Positions 48,806-56,574 of a DNA stretch of 56,574 bases are shown here, one piece after another. Positions within the stretch are counted from its first letter, which is position 1. Every line of letters begins with the position of its first letter. The notes below the pieces were generated by a model. The model did no database searches. It was not told the origin of the DNA and worked only from the letters and a program-made list of their open reading frames with translations. The position numbers were made by a program, and so were the translations under genes. The stretch is from Macrostomum lignano (taxonomy: Eukaryota), in NCBI GenBank assembly GCA_002269645.1, contig NIVC01002644.1, positions 1 through 56,574 of the forward strand, written 5' to 3'.

Positions 48806-49629
48806 TTGCGTTCACTTGTGAACATCGAGTCAAATGCTTGTTTATTTTAACCCCATATGCTCCTGAGGCCGCAAACCTACAGTAAGGAAAGGAAATTTTT
48901 ACTGTCACATTAAATTTAGGTGATTAGCCACTCTGTTTATTCACAAATCTAATTGCGTGTGACATATCTGATTATTCTAGTATCTGTGAATAAAAACCGA
49001 TTATTTAGGAGTTCGAGTAGCTTAGACTGCCATATTAAAAAATAAATTAATTTCTTTTATAATTATCAATTGGCTTACTAAGAGCGCTAACTCTAACCCT
49101 AACCTGAATTATTGGTAGTCAAATGTTGGCACTATTTAGAAATATACTCGTACATTAGAAGTAGGAAAACCTAACTGCTTCGCAAAATTTCAAAGAAAAT
49201 AAATTTTAGAACCGTCTTTCACCATCATAAATCAAAGCACCTTATCTTTGTTTTGGCCAGTCTATTTGGCAGCTATTCTGTTGTGAAAATAAAATATAAT
49301 TGGTTCAAAAACAGCGCACAATTCTAAAGGCCGCACAAAAGCTGGTATTGCAATGATTCAGTTAGAAATTTTTTTGGTAAACAACTATAATAATAATAAT
49401 AAACTTGAAACTAAAAATAGAAAAAAAATATCGAGATTTGTTTTTTATGTATGCTGAACTATAGTAGCCACTAGTACTCGGGTCCATTGTAAGTATTTAA
49501 TCAGAGTCTGTCATTGCAACTGTTTAATTAAACAGAAAATTAATGCTTTGAAATATATTATGCCTAGTTATATATATGCATGTTAGTAACAATAATGAAA
49601 CAATTCTTAATCAGAAAGTGTAAATTTGA

Positions 49630-50090
49630 AGGAGAGGGAGAGAAGAGGGGTAGAGAAGGCAGAGAAGGAAAAGAAGAGAGGTAGAGAAGGCAGAGTTGAG
49701 AGGGAAGAAGGCAGAGAAGAGAGGGGGAGAAGGCAGGGTTGAGAGGGAAGAAGGCAGAGAAAGGAGGGTGAGAAGGCAGAGTTGAGAGGGAAGAAGGCAG
49801 AGAAGAGAGGGGGAGAAGGCAGGGTTGAGAGGGAAGAAGGCAGAGAAAGGAGGGTGAGAAGGCAGAGTTGAGAGGGAAGAAGGCAGAGAAGAGAGGGGGA
49901 GAAGGCAGGGTTGAGAGGGAAGAAGGCAGAGAAAGGAGGGTGAGAAGGCAGAGTTGAGAGGGAAGAAGGCAGAGTTGAGAGGGGGAGAAGGCAGAGTTGA
50001 GAGGGAAGAAGGCAGAGAAGAGAGGGGGGGAAGGCAGGGTTGAGAGGGGAGAAGGCAGAGTTAAGAGGGGGAGAAGACAGATAGGCATGA
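49630..50090. repeat. Purine-rich array (AGAAGGCAGAGTTGAGAGGGA and variants)
   Basis: Tandem GA-rich units. Confidence 0.85.
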
Positions 50091-50394
50091 TAGGAGATAA
50101 AGAATGATATTACTGTTGTGAAACAATCAGTTGAGTAGGTATTTATAAACTCTTATTTTTCAATCGGAATAAACACACAAGGTAGAAAATTTATACCAAA
50201 ATGCACAGTAAACATGCGACAACCTGTGAAAGGCTCTGACAAAAAATGAAAACAAAAAAACCAAACACGGTAAAGAAGTTCCGAAAAAGAAACTGAAGCT
50301 CTTGCCAATAAGACAATATAGTCTGTGTTATCATCTTCTCACTTTTGGAGCTCACTTTTGTCTATCAGTTTGGCAGGCTCCATCTGTAGGGTCA

Positions 50395-52546
50395 TCAGAT
50401 GACTGAAACAGTACCGGATTTAATTGTTTTTTTGTGCTTCCGACCGCGCTGATGAGCTGGGTAGCTGCCGGGCCACATTGCCACATTGCACACCTTGCAC
50501 AGTATGGGCAGTTGGCGGACCAACTGCACTATGGCAGCTGCGGGCAGGGTGAGCGGCTGATGCTGGGGTTTGAGGTGGCTGACACTGGGAGCTGAGGTGG
50601 CTGACACTGGGAGCTGAGGTGGCTGACACTGGGAGCTGAGGTGGCTGACACTGGGAGCTGAGGTGGCTGACACTGGGAGCTGAGGTGGCTGACACTGGGA
50701 GCTGAGGTGGCTGACACTGGGAGCTGAGGTGGCTGACACTGGGAGCTGAGGTGGGTGATGCTGGGGTTTGAGGCGGGTGACACTGGGAGCTGAGTTGGGT
50801 GACACCTGGGAGCTGAGGTGGCTGACACTGGGAGCTGAGGTGGCTGACACTGGGAGCTGAGTTGGGTGACACTGGGCGCACGAACGCAATGCCTCACCAT
50901 CAGCAGAAGCCAGTTTACTGGTATGCCCAAACGAGTTCAGGTGTTCCAAAACCGCGTCAAACGAATCGAAGTCGCATTTGCACAGCTGGCAAGCAATCTG
51001 CTGTCCCTGAGAAAATTTTATCAGCGACTTCGATTTTTAACATTGTAGTTCAGGTCTGCCCTTTAGCTACTTCAGGTCTCCCATTCAGCTACTTCAGGTC
51101 TGCCCTTCAGCTACTTCAGGTTTCCCCTTCAGCTACTTCAGGTCTCCCCTTCAGCTACTTCAGGTTTCCCCTTCAGCTACTTCAGGTCTGCCCTTCAGCT
51201 ACTTCAGGTCTCCCCTTCAGCTACTTCAGGTTTCCCCTTCAGCTACTTCAGGTTTCCCCTTCAGCTACTTCAGGTTTCCCCTTCAGCTACTTCAGGTTTC
51301 CCCTTCAGCTACTTCAGGTCTCCCCTTCAGCTACTTCAGGTTTCCCCTTCAGCTACTTCAGGTCTCCCCTTCAGCTACTTCAGGTTTCCCCTTCAGCTAC
51401 TTCAGGTTTCCCCTTCAGCTACTTCAGGTCTCCCCTTCAGCTACTTCAGGTCTCCCCTTCAGCTACTTCAGGTCTCCCCTTCAGCTACTTCAGGTTTCCC
51501 CTTCAGCTACTTCAGGTCTGCCCTTTAGCTACTTCAGGTCTGCCCTTCAGCTACTTCAGGTTTCCCCTTCAGCTACTTAATGTCTCTCCTTCAGCTACAA
51601 TACTTCAGGTGTCTATTTCAGCTACAATACTTCAGGTCTCCTCTTCAGCTACTTTCAGGTATCCCTTCAGTTTCTTCAGGTTTTCCCTTCAGCTACTTCA
51701 GGTCTTTCCTTGAGCTACCTCAGGTACCCTTCAGCAAATCAACTTACCTGGTTCAACTCGCTGTTATTTTTAAGCCGGAATATTTTCTGCTGCTGCTGCT
51801 GGACTGTATTAGTATTGTTTGACTCATCCGCTGTCATTTTTATTCCAGTCCCATTTAACATAGGCGGAACAGTCTGCGGCGGTGGCAACTGCGGCGGTGC
51901 TTCATACATGCCCATGAGCTTGGCAACCGATACATAGTGCCTAGACGTAGCCCTGTGCAGTGCTAATCCGCCAGACAGATGCCTCACCGATAAGCCGCAT
52001 TCGATGCAATAATCCACGCCAGCAACTGGCGAAGGCGACCTCGATCGCGGCGACCCCACCGATTGCTGCTGTTTGTTTAAATGCTTCACAGATCGGTGGT
52101 GCCGCTTTAACGACGCTTCGCTAGTTAACGACAAACGACATCGACAACACCAGAATGGGCCGCGAACTGTTGCGTCTGTCTGGTCAGGCTGGCCTTCTGA
52201 ATGAAGATAATTCTGCACTACATCGTCTGGCGGCGGCCAGGGTAAGTGCTCGGCCCACAGAGAATGCTGCGGGATTCAAGGGTTGTTTTGGCATTAATAT
52301 TTTAGGTTCCATAACAAACTATTTAATCCCCGCCATTGATAAATCGATTTTCCCTTTCTACCTTACTAACAGTAGAAATATTAAAAAGTCAAAAGTAATT
52401 AATAATTTTTGGTATTTCTTCACTACACTACTTAGAGTAAAAATATAAGGAAATTCGGAACAAATAATAGAAAAAGACAACACAACATCTACCTAGACAG
52501 GGTCAGGGGTTACACACGATTTTACTGGACACATAATTACCATCAT
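50395..52546 (-). CDS. Protein with four matrin/JAZ-type C2H2 zinc fingers (~258 aa); family not assigned
   Basis: Exons 52546-52541 (ATG ATG|GTAATT, tentative), 52266-51748, 51006-50898, 50537-50395 (777 nt, in frame). CRCRLSLTSEASLKRHHRSVKH, CIEC..HRATSRH, CQLCKCDFDSFDAVLEHLNSFGH, CKVC..HQRGRKH. Confidence 0.7.
50565..50875. repeat. 22-bp minisatellite (GGGAGCTGAGGTGGCTGACACT), zinc-finger gene last intron
   Basis: Tandem periodicity. Confidence 0.92.
51045..51730. repeat. 22-bp minisatellite (CAGCTACTTCAGGTCTCCCCTT), zinc-finger gene intron
   Basis: ~30 copies. Confidence 0.93.
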
Positions 52547-52704
52547 TATTTATGCTGATAACACAGTTTATACAAGTGTTTCAATTTCATATCATGAGAG
52601 ATCAGGAGAGTCAACATAACAGTCCAGATCAGGACTCTGACGGGCATGAAAGACTTGGGCAAAACTAATTTAAACTGTTAATCACTAAACAGCAGCTGCT
52701 ACTA

Positions 52705-53031
52705 TTAAGGTTTAGTACTATCAAAGAACACGACATCCTGGGAGCCAACAACTTCGGCATAGTGCACAGTGTCCTTGGGCACCAGCACCCTGTCACCGGG
52801 TTCCAGCACAACCTCTTCGCCAAACATTCTGAACAGAAATCTGCCAGACACGATTGCGTCCATTTTGTCAACGGGGTGAGTGTGATCGGGAAACACGGTG
52901 CCGGGGCCGAAGGTGTACCGGCAGCTGGAGTAGCCAAGGGAGCGGAGCTTCCGCTGCATGGCCTCTGAGGACAGCGGGCCGTCCGAGCTGGCGTCCCATT
53001 TAAATACGTTGAGGCTGCGCGACGAAGTCAT
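52705..53031 (-). CDS. Small cupin-2 barrel protein, 108 aa, intronless
   Basis: FGPGTVFPDHTHPVDKMDAIVSG and LEPGDRVLVPKDTVHYAEVVG are cupin motifs 1 and 2 with metal-ligand His residues. Confidence 0.88.
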   Translation of the reverse strand: MTSSRSLNVFKWDASSDGPLSSEAMQRKLRSLGYSSCRYTFGPGTVFPDHTHPVDKMDAIVSGRFLFRMFGEEVVLEPGDRVLVPKDTVHYAEVVGSQDVVFFDSTKP

Positions 53032-53099
53032 TACGCTATTGTTGCAAAGGGTTTCAGTGCGCCAGCAATTGGCAGTGTAAGTCTGAATTAGATTTGATA

Positions 53100-54190
53100 G
53101 CTCAGCAACTGAGGATCTGGGAGGCTGACCCAGAGACTCAGGATCTGGGAGCCTGAGCCAGCAACTGAGGATCTGGGAGGCTGGCCCAGCAACTGAGGAT
53201 CTGGGAGGCTGGCCTAGTAATTAAGGATCTGGGAGGCTGGCCCAGCAACTGAGGATTTGGGAGACTGGCCCAACAACTGAGGATCTGGGAGGCTGGCCCA
53301 GCAACTGAGGATCTGGGAGGCTTGCCCTCCAACTAAGGGTTTGGGAAGCTGGCCCAGCAATTGAGGATCTAGGAGGCTGGCCCAGCAACTGAGGATCTGG
53401 GAGGCTGGCCCAACAACTGAGGATCTGGGAGGCTGGCCCAGCAACTGAGGATCTGGGAGGCTGGCCCAGCAACTTAAGATCTGGGAGGCTGGCCCAGCAA
53501 TTGAGGATCTGGGAGGCTGGCCCAACAACTGAGGATCTGGGAGGCTGGACCAGCAACTGAGGATCTGGGAGGCTGGCCCAGCAACTGAGGATCTGGGAGG
53601 CTGGCCTAGCAATTAAGGATCTGGGAGGCTGGCCCAGCAATTGAGGATCTGGGAGGCTGGACCAGCAACTGAGGATCTGGGAGGCTGGACCAGCAACTGA
53701 GGATCTGGGAGGCTGGCCCAACAACTGAGGATCTGGGAGGCTGGACCAGCAACTGAGGATCTGGGAGGCTGGCCCAACAACTGAGGATCTGGGAGGCTGG
53801 CCTAGCAATTGAGGATCTGGGAGGCTGGCCCAGCAACTGAGGAGCTGGGAGGCTGGCCCAGCAACTGAGGATTTGGGAGGCTGGCCCAACAACTGAGGAT
53901 TTGGGAGGCTGGCCCAGCAACTGAGGGTCTGGGAGGCTGGCCCAGCAATTGAGGATCTGTGAGGCTGGCCCAGCAACTGAGGATTTGGGAGGCAGGCCCA
54001 GCAATTGAGGATCTGTGAGGCTGGCCCAGCAACTGAGGATTTGGGAGGCTGGCCCAGCAACTGAGGATCTGGGAGGCTGGCCCTCCAACAAAGGGTCTGG
54101 GAGGCTGGCCCAGCAACTGAGGATCTGGGAGGCTGGCCCTCCAACAAAGGGTCTGGGAGGCTGGCCCAGCAATTGAGGATCTAGGAGGCT
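53100..54190. repeat. 28-bp minisatellite, same family as PDIA3 intron 5, ~39 copies
   Basis: GGAGGCTGGCCCAGCAACTGAGGATCTG units. Confidence 0.95.
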
Positions 54191-54383
54191 GGTCCCCTGA
54201 CAAAACATAAAAAAACAAAGAAGACTATATGTGAAAACGGAAAACAAAGATATTTACATATATTTATTGCGAATTTCAGTATTGACAGTTTAAAGCAGGA
54301 GAAATTACACTATATTTCGCACGCAAGCATTCAGCTACATCGATATGCCAAGCGAAATGCAGTCCCTATCGATCCGATCTGAT

Positions 54384-56508
54384 TCATCTGTCCCCAGACG
54401 CGATCCGATTGGCCCGGGCGAACAGCTTTGCGCTCTCCAACGTCAGCGGCCAAGGCAGGCCCTTGGCCAGCAGCCAGTCCTCCAGCGTGGCCACCTTCTC
54501 GGCCAGATCTGTCGCCGAAGCCAGCTGTTTCTTAGGAAATTCCAGACCGGATTCTTTGTGCACTCGAAGCAGGTCGGAGTAGCGGCTGGACAGGGCTCGC
54601 CTGGCCTCGTCTGCCGAGGCTTTCTGTTGCTGCGAAAGTCGCGAGTTCGATTTCTGCACGCCTTTTTCTTCTTCGAAATCGTCGTCTTCGTATTCTTCAT
54701 CTGACGCTGGAATATTATCTAATTTATATCGGCTAGAATCGGTATCCATGGCAACCGTGGAGGTTGATGGCTGCTGCGACACTCTTTGCACCTGAATGTG
54801 AATCATCTGCAAAATTATAAAATGTGACAAAATGCAATTTGTACAAAGTTAAACAGTTTTATCTATTAATAATTTGAAAGGCCATCAAAATCAGTCTAAC
54901 AGTCTAACAGCATTACAATCTACCAAAACTGACAGTCAAACAGCATGACAATCTACCAAAACTGACAGTCAAACAGCATGACAATCTACCAAAACTGACA
55001 GTCAAACAGCCTGACAATCTTCCAAAACTGACAGTCAAACAGCCTGACAATCTTCCAAAACTGACAGTCAAACAGCATGACAATCTACCAAAACTGACAG
55101 TCAAACAGCATGACAATCTACCAAAACTGACAGTCAAACAGCATGACAATCTACCAAAACTGACAGTCAAACAGCATGACAATCTACCAAAACTGACAGT
55201 CAAACAGCATGACAATCTACCAAAACTGACAGTCAAACAGCATGACAATCTACCAAAACTGACAGTCAAACAGCATGACAATCTACCAAAACTGACAGTC
55301 AAACAGCATGACAATCTACCAAAACTGACAGTCAAACAGCATGACAATCTACCAAAACTGACAGTCAAACAGCATGACAATCTACCAAAACTGACAGTCA
55401 AACAGCATGACAATCTACCAAAACTGACAGTCAAACAGCATGACAATCTACCAAAACTGACAGTCAAACAGCCTGACAATCTTCCAAAACTGACAGTCAA
55501 ACAGCATGACAATCTACCAAAACTGACAGTCAAACAGCATGACAATCTACCAAAACTGACAGTTAAATAGCATAACAATCCACCAAAATCTGACAGTCTA
55601 ACAGCATGACAATCTTCCAAAATCTGACAGTCAAACAGCATAACAATCCACCAAAATCTGACAGTCTAACAGCATGACAATCTACCAAAATCTCACAATC
55701 TAACAGCATGACAATCTTCCAGAATCTGACAGTCAAACTGCATAACAATCCACCAAAATCTCACAATCCAACAGCATGACAATCTACCAAAATCTCATAG
55801 TCTAACAGCATGACAATCTACCAAAATCTCACAATCTAACAGCATGACAATCTACCAAAATCTCAGTCTAACAGTATGACAATCTACCATAATGTTATTC
55901 TGAGTATGACAATCTACCATAATGTTATTCTGAGCATGACAATCTACCATAATGTTATTCTGAGCATGACAATCTACCATAATGTTATTCTGAGTATGAC
56001 AATCTACCATAATGTTATTCTGAGCATGACAATCTACCATAATGTTATTCTGAGCATGACAATCTACCATAATGTTATTCTGAGCATGACAATCTACCAT
56101 AATGTTATTCTGAGCATGACAATCTACCATAATGTTATTCTGAGCATGACAATCTACCATAATGTTATTCTGAGCATGACAATCTACAATAAAAGCCTGA
56201 CTCACCTGCTTCTGACCCGAACTAGCACTGGTCACCGGGATGCAATAAGTGGACACCGGTGGTTGCGACTGCTGCTGCTGTTGAAGCGATTTAATAGGCG
56301 TCGTAGACGAGGACAGGATTCGAGCTCCGGACTGTCGCACTAAGCGGTGATGCCGTCAAGCGACATCTGGCTGCACTCGGAGCCAGCCGGAGAGGCCGAG
56401 GCCACGGAGATCAAACGTTTAGTTGAAGCCGACGTCAAGGCGGGGCCAGTCACACTTTTAGCAATTATTGGTTCAGTCGATGAGGCCGATGGCGAAGTTG
56501 CTGGGCTC
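54384..56508 (-). CDS. 3' part of an unidentified gene (S/T/P/Q-rich exon + acidic/helical terminal exon), 5'-truncated by the window edge
   Basis: Terminal exon 54806-54384 (TTTTGCAG|ATG...ASGDR*); upstream exon ends at 56206 (CAG|GTGAGT), starts near 56508, and needs a 1-bp frame correction near 56342. Confidence 0.6.
54890..55870. repeat. 33-bp minisatellite (ACAATCTACCAAAACTGACAGTCAAACAGCATG)
   Basis: Tandem periodicity in the intron of the edge gene. Confidence 0.95.
55871..56190. repeat. 30-bp minisatellite (ACAATCTACCATAATGTTATTCTGAGCATG)
   Basis: ~10 copies; shares CATGACAATCTACCA with the adjacent 33-mer. Confidence 0.95.
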
Positions 56509-56574
56509 TGGCCAATCAAAGAATAGAAAGTTTCGATGCTTTATTGTATTTATTTTAATAGTACAACCAGAGGA

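Noticed and set aside
53138-54247. Pro/Ser-rich repeat ORFs (also 6903-7836, 5619-6524, 9399-10271, 14644-15546, 22594-23773, 50862-51713, 54913-55641)
   Set aside because: Stop-free frames of minisatellites; several frames are open at once and there is no non-repetitive domain.
5645-56190. CRISPR-like appearance of 23-37-bp repeats
   Set aside because: Units are head-to-tail with no unique spacers; no cas genes; the context is eukaryotic.

Overview
This is eukaryotic (animal, probably invertebrate) genomic DNA, not prokaryotic. GC-rich spliced exons, AT-rich spacers and a very high minisatellite load resemble a free-living flatworm such as Macrostomum, but the species is inference only. Nine host genes all lie on the minus strand: PDIA3/ERp57-like, GDPD1/3-like, DNAJC7, PRKRIP1, RCBTB1/2, CDC23/APC8, a 4x matrin-type zinc-finger gene, a small cupin, and an unidentified gene cut by the right edge. 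For GDPD, DNAJC7, RCBTB, CDC23 and the zinc-finger gene, hand-spliced exons sum to whole codons. PDIA3 is one base short and has a CG in place of an acceptor AG. There are two complete, young Ty3/Gypsy elements, each with 4-5 point lesions: a CsRn1-like element at 687-5070 (-) and a Mag-like element at 34372-38934 (+). About 28 tandem arrays cover roughly 16 kb, and 17 of 25 introns carry one; these arrays explain most long ORFs in the track. The most unexpected signal is three copies of a SNORD82/U82-like C/D snoRNA (predicted 18S Am1678-equivalent guide). Two of them sit head-to-head with a tRNA-derived SINE in a shared composite unit. Other leads are an operon/trans-splicing-like layout, core motifs shared between unrelated arrays, a MITE-like fold-back in the PRKRIP1 3' UTR, and an AT-rich PDIA3 first exon.
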